Virus record (IMG/VR): IMGVR_UViG_3300006116_000048
Coordinates: 1-29,494 of that record
DNA: 29,494 nt
Source: a virus
Lineage: Duplodnaviria > Caudoviricetes
Strand: one strand, 5' to 3'
The notes under the pieces are model-generated. The model made no database searches. It was not told the DNA's origin and was given only the letters and a program-made list of their open reading frames with translations. The position numbers were made by a program, and so were the translations under genes. Of the stretch, positions 1 to 8,660 are shown one piece after another (within the stretch, counting starts at the first letter, position 1; every line of letters begins with the position of its first letter).

Positions 1-533
1 TAGGGTTCTGTAAAGCCATTAAAAGTCTTTGAATAAATACCAATACCAGTAGTTGGTGATGATGGATCAGTAGCTTGTGAAGATAGATTTAGGTTGTTTG
101 TCTTTCCCCAATTGAAATATACCAATCCTAATAAGCTATCTATCGTGAATTTGGATGTGTAACTTATCTGTCTGGTGTCATCATAATAAGGGATAGCCCC
201 AATGATGCCATTGCCTTTGATGTATCCGCTATTTCCTAATTGGGTTGGGGTGACATACCTGATAATACTATCCGATATTTTTACAAAATAAATACTGTCA
301 CCTATTCCGCCGCTTGCAGTCCAATTAACACCATTTCCGCTATAAATAACGCTACCTATTTGAGCGATACCGTATTTATTAATAGTAGTATCATTTGGTA
401 TTCTTAACCGCCCACTAATAGCAGCACTATCTTTTACGGTTATATATTTTTGAAATAGATAAGGTTGTGATATAATCGTTTGCCCGTAAGCTATTGAAAA
501 TAAACAACTTAATATTAATATTATAAACTTCAT
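1..533 (-). CDS. Signal-peptide-bearing beta-rich protein at the tail-fibre position (partial, runs off the left edge)
   Basis: Not in the ORF track. Manual translation from ATG 533 gives MKFIILILSCLFSIAYG|QTIISQPYLFQKYITVKDSAAISGRLRIPNDT..., open for 177 codons to base 1. Confidence 0.8.
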   Translation of the reverse strand, partial: MKFIILILSCLFSIAYGQTIISQPYLFQKYITVKDSAAISGRLRIPNDTTINKYGIAQIGSVIYSGNGVNWTASGGIGDSIYFVKISDSIIRYVTPTQLGNSGYIKGNGIIGAIPYYDDTRQISYTSKFTIDSLLGLVYFNWGKTNNLNLSSQATDPSSPTTGIGIYSKTFNGFTEP

Positions 534-559
534 TTTGCAATATTACTATATTATATAAA

Positions 560-1423
560 TTATCGTGCAATAACTATCCAATCAAAATAAATGTCTTGTG
601 TATTACCGCTTGCCATTTCCGCACATTTAACTACAAATGCTGTGGTAGTTTGATTTGTTGCATCAATATACCACGTTATCCTACCGTCTGCACTATTGTT
701 ATTTACAACGGTTAAAAACACCTTATACGCTGTCGTTGTTAGTGTTGTACCTAATGGTACAGTAATAGTATTTAATCCTGCTGAAATATCTCCAACGTGC
801 GTATACCCCTTTGCCAAAATTATAACAGCGTTATTATCCACATACTGCTTAGTTGCTGCCCCCAATCCCGTGGTAGGGTCTGCATTTAAAGTAAGCGCAC
901 CCGTCATTGTATCCCCTGCCTTTGCAACGTAAGCAGATAGGGCGGTAGCTAGTAAAGTGGAAGTGATATAATCCGCTGTAATAGCGTTTATTTTAGCTAA
1001 TAGCGTTTTATTGTCAATGCGATAACTATTCATATTACCTGCAAACTGTGGCGTAGTTCCAGAAGTTGAACTTGTAGGTGTAGCGGTAAATAATGTGTAA
1101 GTGTTTCGTGCAATACTATCGCCAAATGTTTCTGGGTTTGTGTCTGTTGTAGTAGGTAGTAAGTATTGCCCCTCTGCAAATGATGCAGCCACATAGTAGA
1201 AATACCCATTAAAATATATTACCCCCGTTGTGTAAGTGTTGGGTGTTCCTGTAACGTAAGTTAATCCCGTAACAATAGCAAAGTCGGTAGGCTGTAATCC
1301 CAAAGCAGCAATAAGCCCGTCATAGGCTGTTTGGTTTGCTGCAATTAAATCACTACTAAATAAAGGGTTTTGTAACCCTGCATAAGATTTGCGTATTGCT
1401 GGAAACTGAAATATACTATTCAT
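560..1423 (-). CDS. Tail fibre / baseplate-attached fibre protein
   Basis: Follows the baseplate wedge genes. Carries fibre motifs YVAKAGDTMTGAL and AATKQYVD, and a beta-sandwich-like C-terminus ending FDWIVIAR. Confidence 0.75.
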   Translation of the reverse strand: MNSIFQFPAIRKSYAGLQNPLFSSDLIAANQTAYDGLIAALGLQPTDFAIVTGLTYVTGTPNTYTTGVIYFNGYFYYVAASFAEGQYLLPTTTDTNPETFGDSIARNTYTLFTATPTSSTSGTTPQFAGNMNSYRIDNKTLLAKINAITADYITSTLLATALSAYVAKAGDTMTGALTLNADPTTGLGAATKQYVDNNAVIILAKGYTHVGDISAGLNTITVPLGTTLTTTAYKVFLTVVNNNSADGRITWYIDATNQTTTAFVVKCAEMASGNTQDIYFDWIVIAR

Positions 1424-1431
1424 AAAAAAAA

Positions 1432-1920
1432 TTAAAATTGATTGATTATAAAACGTGAACCATCGAAAGCTATTTGATTAACCGTTGCCAATAAGTCGCT
1501 AGTGTACACGCTTGTAGGAACGTTAATAGTAAACGCCGTAGTGTTTACTTTATTATTAAATTCACTTGCAAATATTAACGGCGTACTACCAAAATCGCTG
1601 CAATAGGTCGTACTTGTGTAAGCAAATTCAGGGGCTGTTAATATATTGCAACTCGATTGAGTGCAGTAAATTCTTTTTAAAGTAGCATCATACAATATAT
1701 TTAACACATTTGCCAATTGACCCACCTGCCACTTACATTGCGATATTAATAGTTCTTTATTTCTAAATGTCGTAAAAGTTGTAAAAGGTGCTTCTAGTGG
1801 CTGTACAAATGCAGTAAGATATTTAAAGAAAGTTGATATATTGCCAATAGCATTAACGCTAAAGAAGTTCCTTAGTGATTCAAATAATAATTTCCTGTAA
1901 TTGATATTTCTAAATGCCAT
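1432..1920 (-). CDS. Baseplate wedge protein (P2 gpI-like position)
   Basis: Directly downstream of the baseplate J-like gene. The QVGQLANVLN...D..RI pattern is typical of this class. Confidence 0.6.
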   Translation of the reverse strand: MAFRNINYRKLLFESLRNFFSVNAIGNISTFFKYLTAFVQPLEAPFTTFTTFRNKELLISQCKWQVGQLANVLNILYDATLKRIYCTQSSCNILTAPEFAYTSTTYCSDFGSTPLIFASEFNNKVNTTAFTINVPTSVYTSDLLATVNQIAFDGSRFIINQF

Positions 1921-2671
1921 TGTAATTAATTACGTTGCTTCCGTTATAGTTAAAATATCCTGCACTCAAATTAACACTCCCTGTAAAAGATACACCGTCT
2001 ATTTGTGTCTGCGATAAATAAAAGTTTCTTACCCCTGCTACATTTGCCTGAATATATGATTCTAAGTCACCCGTAAAAAAAGTGCCATTAAAAGCAAAGC
2101 TATTCATAAACAAAGTAAGATAAGTATTTATATTAGCCGTCAATGTTGGTAAATCGAAGCTACTATAATAAGTACAATTAGCAACAAAATACAAAACATT
2201 TGCGTTTGCTGAAATATAATTAACTGGCAATCCTGCTATTTCAAAGTTTTTCATATACGCTATAAAAGCGTTGTATTGTGATAATGTCAATGGTATAGTA
2301 GTTCCTGTAATATCCGCACTCGCTACCTTTAAGAATAAATCCCCGTTACTTGTAGAACTAAACGCCGCCTGTTTTATTATCTGCTTTGTTGTGTCAATAG
2401 TAGGGTAGTAATAATTGCCATTACTATCTATTGAAAGACTATCTCCGTATTGAAACGCTAAAGCATAGCCCGTATAATATCCTGCTTTTCCGTAATTCTT
2501 AGCCGTTATTGTGCTTACTATTGTGGCTTCTGTATTGGTAAATTCTGTTAATGTTGTGTCTATAACGTTTCCCAATGCTTCGCTCACTTTCTCAAATATC
2601 CCCGTTTGCGAGGGGTTTGTAAAACCTAAGGCTATAAGGTTGGAATTTATAATTGATTGAGTAGTTGCCAT
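1910..2671 (-). CDS. Baseplate J-like wedge protein (short form)
   Basis: Position in the baseplate block; YALAFQYGD, QIIKQAA and LESYIQANVAGV patterns. Confidence 0.65.
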   Translation of the reverse strand: MATTQSIINSNLIALGFTNPSQTGIFEKVSEALGNVIDTTLTEFTNTEATIVSTITAKNYGKAGYYTGYALAFQYGDSLSIDSNGNYYYPTIDTTKQIIKQAAFSSTSNGDLFLKVASADITGTTIPLTLSQYNAFIAYMKNFEIAGLPVNYISANANVLYFVANCTYYSSFDLPTLTANINTYLTLFMNSFAFNGTFFTGDLESYIQANVAGVRNFYLSQTQIDGVSFTGSVNLSAGYFNYNGSNVINYNGI

Positions 2672-2673
2672 TG

Positions 2674-3051
2674 TTAATTGTAGTTTGTAATTTGGTCAAA
2701 TCTAACGTTTACGCTTCCTGTGCCTGTTAAAGTGATGTATATATTACCTGCACCGTTGTAGTATTGCCCGATAATCAAAGGTACTAAATTAGCTGAAGAT
2801 AACACAGTTGATGGCATTATATCACTCCCACCACCTGTTGAGCCTATCTTAACGGTAACGCTGCCACTAATCCAACGAACCGCACCACTAACCACTAAGG
2901 TATTAGCCGAAATTGCCTGTGTGTAATTTCCCGTTAATCCTGCTATTTTAATAGGCAATGCTATTGCGCCGTAAAGTTCGGCAAACATTGCATTTAATTC
3001 ATTGCGAACTAATAAGCCACTATCACCATTATTTATAACTGTTTGAGCCAT
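2674..3051 (-). CDS. Small fibre/appendage protein
   Basis: N-terminal INNGDSGLLVRNELNAMFAELY resembles the fibre/baseplate attachment motif GD..R..(I/L)N..F.ELY and is followed by a beta-rich domain. Confidence 0.5.
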   Translation of the reverse strand: MAQTVINNGDSGLLVRNELNAMFAELYGAIALPIKIAGLTGNYTQAISANTLVVSGAVRWISGSVTVKIGSTGGGSDIMPSTVLSSANLVPLIIGQYYNGAGNIYITLTGTGSVNVRFDQITNYN

Positions 3052-3061
3052 ATTATTATTT

Positions 3062-3403
3062 TTAATCTATCCAAAAAGCCGTGTCAACCCATAAACCTGC
3101 ATCATTCCAATAGCTTGTATATAATATCCACAAAGGTAAGGTATCAAAAATTGTGTTTATGCTAGAAAGTATCGAATCCGTTAAATTATTCACTGCTGGA
3201 TAAGTTGCCAACTGCCCTACAACGTTTAAATCCTTTGTAACCGTATCGGGTATTATTATCTGTTGCCCGACTGTTAATGTCGGTGTCCAATCCGTGAAGC
3301 TATTGGCATCTAGTACTGCATTTAGGTTTATAAGGCTACCTGTGGCGTTCAATACAACGTCATTAATGCTCATACCTTGCTGCACTATATAAATACTACT
3401 CAT
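3062..3403 (-). CDS. LysM-like baseplate protein (P2 gpX-like) with a Trp-rich C-terminal tail
   Basis: LysM pattern YIVQQGMSINDV...LTVGQQIIIP; located in the baseplate block. Confidence 0.7.
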   Translation of the reverse strand: MSSIYIVQQGMSINDVVLNATGSLINLNAVLDANSFTDWTPTLTVGQQIIIPDTVTKDLNVVGQLATYPAVNNLTDSILSSINTIFDTLPLWILYTSYWNDAGLWVDTAFWID

Positions 3404-3704
3404 AGCTTACGTTTGCTGAAATGTTTAATACACCGTTTTGCCCCATTGTATTAGTCCACGTTGCTATCGTTGCTCCGTCGTTTATACATTGTTGTTTCCA
3501 TCTATTCATTTGCACGGCTGCCTCTTGTTGATGAGCGTTAATTGTGTCCTCTAATCCTACGCCCAACATTGGGTTAGTCAATATCGCACAACGTGACCGC
3601 TCAATAATACCCCCATTTTGTGTAGAGGCATTTGTAGTAGTAACGAAATCACCGTTTGCGTAGCTTATATCCCGTGTTAATATATCAAAAAGTATGTCGA
3701 ACAT
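3396..3704 (-). CDS. Baseplate gp25/gpW-like sheath initiator
   Basis: About 100 aa, directly after the spike gene; NGDFV and PMLGVGL motifs. Confidence 0.6.
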   Translation of the reverse strand: MFDILFDILTRDISYANGDFVTTTNASTQNGGIIERSRCAILTNPMLGVGLEDTINAHQQEAAVQMNRWKQQCINDGATIATWTNTMGQNGVLNISANVSYE

Positions 3705-4252
3705 TATTGCGTAATTTTTGTATTCTCAATATCTCCCCTTTGTGTAGGTGTTAATGTTTGTGTCTCTAGCGGTACGGGTACTGCTGTTGGTGCGCCTACA
3801 CTACTAACAACGTGTGTATGGCTGTTGTAAAGTGTAAAAAAACTGTTTAGTAAATTTTCTACTTTATTCAACCTATCAACTAGCTTTAAAACTTCTACCA
3901 TCCCCCCGTTTTCACCACCGTTAAACTGTACAAGGTTGCAATTTACTAACAATTTATCAATTTGGTTGCAAAATAATAATTGAGGTCTGCCTTTGTTGCC
4001 ATCTCTAAACGTTATAAGGCAATCGCTACCAATAACGGGGATAGTAACAAACCCCCCAACACTCCCAATAAGGACAGATAAAGGCACGGCATAATAAACG
4101 GGCTGCCCGTCAATATCTAACTGAATATCGGCGGTATAGGCTGTTTCATCAACGGCAATTATAGTACCATCGCAAATGTTACTGTATTTAGTAGTTGCTT
4201 TAATAGCCCTATAAAAAGCATCCGTAAGGTTAGCCGTTTGTTCGTTATCCAT
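3704..4252 (-). CDS. Baseplate central spike (gpV/Mu gp45-like)
   Basis: OB-fold-like N-terminus with IPVIGSDCLI; C-terminal metal-binding HxH motif (YNSHTH). Confidence 0.85.
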   Translation of the reverse strand: MDNEQTANLTDAFYRAIKATTKYSNICDGTIIAVDETAYTADIQLDIDGQPVYYAVPLSVLIGSVGGFVTIPVIGSDCLITFRDGNKGRPQLLFCNQIDKLLVNCNLVQFNGGENGGMVEVLKLVDRLNKVENLLNSFFTLYNSHTHVVSSVGAPTAVPVPLETQTLTPTQRGDIENTKITQ

Positions 4253-5364
4253 TATAAATTAGTTGTATCATTTAAGTCAGTCAAATATGCTAGTTTTAAT
4301 TTATGCCTATAACCGCTTTGGTTTATCGTTGTTTCAATCGCTGTTATAACATAGTTTCCACTTCTTGCAGGGTAACGAATATCGGTATAAACAGCCTTTG
4401 CAAATAGTATCGGTTCGGGGTAAAGATAAGTAGTAATTGAACCGTTAAAGCGCATTTGGCGCACTTTGTTTAGTGCTTCTGTTGCCATTTTAAGGTAAAG
4501 GGCTGCATCTTGTTTCACTCTGTAAAAATAAACGTCCCTTTGTTGCCCGTTTGTATCACCTACTTCAATACTATCTTTCTTTCCTGTTGGCTGATAAAAC
4601 CACGCCTTAACCTTATATGTTTGAAAAGTAGAAGTAGGTTTTTGTAAATCACTTATAATTACGTTTCTATTTGTAGCGTATTTTATTATGTCGGTGGTAT
4701 TACTTGCAACATTACAATATAAGTTAGTGCCATTTAATGTTAATACCAAACCTAACTCTTTAATAAAGTATTGACAGATAGATGCAGGTGTCATCATTGA
4801 AAAAGTAATATTAACTAATTCAATATCGGGTATTGGCAGCACTAAAGTAACATGGTCTGCATCTGTTGACTTTATGTCTATGGTATCATTTACGAAGCCT
4901 ATAATATTTGTTAATAGCTCTTTCAATGTTATTGAAGCATAATGACAGCCGTAAGTATTTATTACAGGTGACTTCTTTTTCTTATTAATCTTTACACTTG
5001 CTCCCCGTTCTTGTCCGAAAATACCTAAATTAAAAAAGTACTGATAATCCATACATTTAATCTTCATAGGATTACCAAAAACGAAATCCGTTATAAACCC
5101 TTCAAATATTGTTTGTTCGCCATAGGTGTCATAATTAGCCGTTACCAAAACAGTAGAACCAACGCCGAAAGCCGCCTGTGTGTTTACCGTGTATTGTGTT
5201 AGCTTGTCGTGTGTGCCATCTTTGTATTGAATAACGCAATTCATAGGTAACGTGATTTCGCACTCGCTCCCTAAGGCGTGACCGTCATGCTTCTTACTAA
5301 CGCTGCAAATAGTCTTTATAGTATTTCCGTTAATTGTTACCGTAAGATGTGCGTTAAAATACAT
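4252..5364 (-). CDS. Baseplate hub (P2 gpD/Mu gp44-like)
   Basis: 370 aa, between the tube-initiator-like gene and the spike; GNYVITAIETTINQSGYR C-terminus. Confidence 0.75.
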   Translation of the reverse strand: MYFNAHLTVTINGNTIKTICSVSKKHDGHALGSECEITLPMNCVIQYKDGTHDKLTQYTVNTQAAFGVGSTVLVTANYDTYGEQTIFEGFITDFVFGNPMKIKCMDYQYFFNLGIFGQERGASVKINKKKKSPVINTYGCHYASITLKELLTNIIGFVNDTIDIKSTDADHVTLVLPIPDIELVNITFSMMTPASICQYFIKELGLVLTLNGTNLYCNVASNTTDIIKYATNRNVIISDLQKPTSTFQTYKVKAWFYQPTGKKDSIEVGDTNGQQRDVYFYRVKQDAALYLKMATEALNKVRQMRFNGSITTYLYPEPILFAKAVYTDIRYPARSGNYVITAIETTINQSGYRHKLKLAYLTDLNDTTNL

Positions 5365-5365
5365 A

Positions 5366-5941
5366 TTATGATATTATAAGCGTTTGCCCTGCCACGTTTT
5401 CAATTGCGCTAATCTTAAATCCTATATTTGTGCTACCTCTTGAAATAGTAGGGTTAACACTTTCTACAATTATCTCACTATATCCTTTGGCATTGCAAAA
5501 TAATGAATTCAAATAGGTATTTTTTACTTCCAACACGCTATCTGGTATCCATATTTTAGTCCACGCCGTGTTGAGGCTATCTTGGTCGAATATCCAAAAA
5601 GTACCATCATAATTAATTTCGCCTACTTGGTTTGTCTTTCTAAATACACATTCAATCTCAATCTTATATGGTTCTCTTAGTATCCTTTCGGTTACATTTA
5701 CACCGTCCAATATCTTAGAATTAACTAATAGCTTTTTACCATCAATAGTGATAAGCGCATCCTTTGGCAATGTTACACCATTAATTACTACTAACGCAGG
5801 ATTATTTGCGGGGTCGTGTTTTGTGTCATTCCAAACCTTTAGCAACTGCGTAGGGTTGCTAGGTGTAGATGGATGCTTTTTATAAGTATTCGCCCCCGTT
5901 AAGGCATCTATTGTATCAGGTACATTTATAAGTATTGGCAT
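5366..5941 (-). CDS. Tail tube initiator-like protein (DUF6046/gpU-like)
   Basis: Immediately after the tape measure; KILDGVNVTERI and LEVKNTYLN patterns. Confidence 0.55.
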   Translation of the reverse strand: MPILINVPDTIDALTGANTYKKHPSTPSNPTQLLKVWNDTKHDPANNPALVVINGVTLPKDALITIDGKKLLVNSKILDGVNVTERILREPYKIEIECVFRKTNQVGEINYDGTFWIFDQDSLNTAWTKIWIPDSVLEVKNTYLNSLFCNAKGYSEIIVESVNPTISRGSTNIGFKISAIENVAGQTLIIS

Positions 5942-5944
5942 AAT

Positions 5945-7612
5945 CTATTGTGTTTGTCCTTCGTTGTATGCAATATTGTTTATAGCCCTAATCATTTGCT
6001 CTACCGCTTCCTCACCTTTTTGCGGTAACTGTTTATTATCCGTTGTGGTAATCTTTTGAAACGCATCTTTAAAAGTAATGTTAATAACTTTAGCTTGTCC
6101 TAATCCACCACTTGCACCACTAAGGGCGGAGGTGTTCATTGCTGACTGCGCGGTTTGATTTGCCCCACCTTCACCTTTTTTACCATCGCCCGTTGCGGTT
6201 GGGTCTCCTGCGTTTGTTCTTGATGGTAAAAACTTATGAATAACATCTCCAAATTTGAATTTGCTATTTCCTGCTGCATCCGCACCTTTTTTAACAGCAT
6301 CTACCATTCCCGTAGTAAATCCTGTTGCTAAATCTGCCAATCCTTTTTTGCCGTCCTTTATTGCCTTTGAAAAGTTACCGTGAAAAATATCTCCTATAAC
6401 ATTTCCCAATGTTTGATATCCTAATATTACAAGTTTGATATATTGCAATATTCCGCCCCACAAGCCGCCCATAAATTCACGAAAGCCTTTAAAGTTGTCC
6501 CAACAATACATCAATGCAGCTACTATTGCAACGATGCCATAAACAACCCACGTTATTGGTAACGCTAACATTGCAGCACCTAGCCCCTCTGTTGCTACCA
6601 TTGCAGTAAACGCACCTAATGCGGTATTCGCAAATGAAAATGCTAGTATAGCCTCTTGAGCTGCTGTAAATGCTGCTATTGTTGCATTGATAGCTAAAGC
6701 AGCGGTAAATAGCCCTATAACTAAAATAATTTCTTTTAATACGTCTTTATGTTTACGCATCCATTCAATACCTGCTTCAATTGCGTGTTGCGCCCTCATC
6801 ATTGCTGGCACAAATGCAGCCTGTATTTTATTAACAACCCCCCCTATGGATGCCTGTATTTCCTCCCATCCTTTTTTAGCCATTGCAATTTGTCCTGCAT
6901 CTGTCTTTGCAAACATTTCAGCTTGCCCACCCGTCTCCCTTCTTATTTCTTTTAATATAATTTCTTGCGCCTCTGTTAATTTCCCTGCCTCTTGTAAGTT
7001 CTTAATTTGTTCTTTCTGTTGGTCGGTAAAACTTACCCCTGTACGGTGTAACCTAGACATTCCTTTAATAGGGTCATCCAATGCTATACCTAAAGATTTG
7101 GAAGCTTCTAATAAATCACCTTTAAAAAACTTTTGAGCATAATCACCTGCCGATTGCATACCTTCCTCAAATTGCTTCCCCTTTACATTACCAAAGGTCA
7201 ACATCATAGCCTGAGCCGAAATAATAGATGATTTTGTAAAAACAGTTACATTGCTCATTTCCTCCGCCATCTTTGAAAGGTGTTCAGTACTTACACCTAC
7301 TGACCCACCCATTGTTTTCATGGTTTGATTTAAGTCTGTTGTTGCCTTTTGCAATTCATCATAAACACCCTTGCTTTCTTTTATAAACTCAAAACCCTCG
7401 AATAAAGCACTTAACCCCAACCCCCCTAAAAGCATATTTTTAATGCCGCTAAATGTTTCCGACATTTTTTCACCCATAGATGCAAATGCGCTTTCCGCTT
7501 TCTCCACTTCTTGAATGGATTTAGTACCCATTACGGAAATACTTTCGTTTATCTTAGCTAATTGCATAAGAATGTCACCGCCTACATTTATATCAAAGCC
7601 GTAATCTGCCAT
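5945..7612 (-). CDS. Tail tape measure protein (555 aa)
   Basis: Helical Ala/Gly-rich protein with the motif LGIALDDPIKGMSRL...GKLTEAQEIILKE and hydrophobic segments; follows the chaperone pair. Confidence 0.9.
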   Translation of the reverse strand: MADYGFDINVGGDILMQLAKINESISVMGTKSIQEVEKAESAFASMGEKMSETFSGIKNMLLGGLGLSALFEGFEFIKESKGVYDELQKATTDLNQTMKTMGGSVGVSTEHLSKMAEEMSNVTVFTKSSIISAQAMMLTFGNVKGKQFEEGMQSAGDYAQKFFKGDLLEASKSLGIALDDPIKGMSRLHRTGVSFTDQQKEQIKNLQEAGKLTEAQEIILKEIRRETGGQAEMFAKTDAGQIAMAKKGWEEIQASIGGVVNKIQAAFVPAMMRAQHAIEAGIEWMRKHKDVLKEIILVIGLFTAALAINATIAAFTAAQEAILAFSFANTALGAFTAMVATEGLGAAMLALPITWVVYGIVAIVAALMYCWDNFKGFREFMGGLWGGILQYIKLVILGYQTLGNVIGDIFHGNFSKAIKDGKKGLADLATGFTTGMVDAVKKGADAAGNSKFKFGDVIHKFLPSRTNAGDPTATGDGKKGEGGANQTAQSAMNTSALSGASGGLGQAKVINITFKDAFQKITTTDNKQLPQKGEEAVEQMIRAINNIAYNEGQTQ

Positions 7613-7849
7613 TATTCGTTATTTTGAAAAGGTGCGTGAATAATTCTTAATACTTCGGGTAACATTATTTGACAATCCATATACTCCTGCAATGTCATAT
7701 CTTCCAACTCTTTACCGCTATACATTAAAAACGCCCGAAACATTGTTTTATTATAAAAAACAGCATTTCGAGCGATTAATTTAGTTTTAGCCGTTTCTTG
7801 GCTGTAATTTATTTCTTCTAATTCACTTTCAATTGAGCAAAAAAAGGGG
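7612..7849 (-). CDS. Tail assembly chaperone GT-like extension (-1 frameshift product)
   Basis: Overlaps the end of the chaperone gene in the -1 frame at CCCCTTTTTTT and has no convincing start of its own. Confidence 0.75.
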
Positions 7850-8216
7850 TAACCTTCTCTGAAAAGAACCAAAGCCCAAAGTTTAAAACAGCAATATTAT
7901 CATTTAAAAATTCTGTCTTATCGCCAACTGTAAAGCCTTTTGCATCTGTAATCAACAATAATTCAATAGCCTTATCTGTCAATGTAGCTATCCCTTCGCT
8001 GTCAATAGTAGCCTTATTAGTTCCGCTTTGCTTCATCGTCCCCATGATAGAAAACACTAAGTCCCTTTGGTTTCTATCCGTACGGCTTAAATCTTTAAAA
8101 ACGGCTTCTTTCGTAACCTCAACTTCGATAATTTCCCCTAATTTATTATCCTTAGTCGCTTCCATTACGGGCTGCTTACTAAGGAAAGTAATCTCCTTTT
8201 TGAAAACCTTTTCCAT
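7818..8216 (-). CDS. Tail assembly chaperone (lambda gpG analogue)
   Basis: Lies between tube and tape measure, with a slippery site near its 3' end. Confidence 0.8.
   Translation of the reverse strand: MEKVFKKEITFLSKQPVMEATKDNKLGEIIEVEVTKEAVFKDLSRTDRNQRDLVFSIMGTMKQSGTNKATIDSEGIATLTDKAIELLLITDAKGFTVGDKTEFLNDNIAVLNFGLWFFSEKVTPFFAQLKVN
7839..7849 (-). promoter_or_regulatory. -1 frameshift slippery site (C CCU UUU / U UUU UUU)
   Basis: Minus strand reads ACC CCT TTT TTT GCT, matching X XXY YYZ. The -1 frame is open to 7612. Confidence 0.8.
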
Positions 8217-8232
8217 GTGTTGTGTATTTAAT

Positions 8233-8649
8233 TTAAACTACTGCTAACGCTGTAAAATCAATGTTTCTCATACTCTCCTTATCTTTAGCTTTTACACTAA
8301 TTGCGGAAGATGTGAATACTAATTGAGTAAAAGTGTAAGATGCTGCATTTTGTAGGCTTACTACTGCAATAGTACTTGAGGGAACTAAATTTACACTATT
8401 AACGCCTACTGCTGTTAAAATAGCCTGTAATTCACCCTCTTGAATAGTTATCTTACCCTTTACTGCTAGTGCGTTTCCTTTGTTTCCAATAGGGTTAACA
8501 TCACCAACCGAATAGATTAGCTCACCTTCTTGCGTTTCAGTCCACCCTACTTCGTTTACAGTAAGTAAAGGAAAAACAGCCGTACCGGGGATATTCCACG
8601 CTACCTTATACTCGGCTGCTGTTATAATTAATGCGTTATAATTAGGCAT
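8233..8649 (-). CDS. Tail tube protein
   Basis: 138 aa beta-rich protein directly after the sheath; YSVGDVNPIGNKG pattern. Confidence 0.8.
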   Translation of the reverse strand: MPNYNALIITAAEYKVAWNIPGTAVFPLLTVNEVGWTETQEGELIYSVGDVNPIGNKGNALAVKGKITIQEGELQAILTAVGVNSVNLVPSSTIAVVSLQNAASYTFTQLVFTSSAISVKAKDKESMRNIDFTALAVV

Positions 8650-8660
8650 TTGTTATTGTT

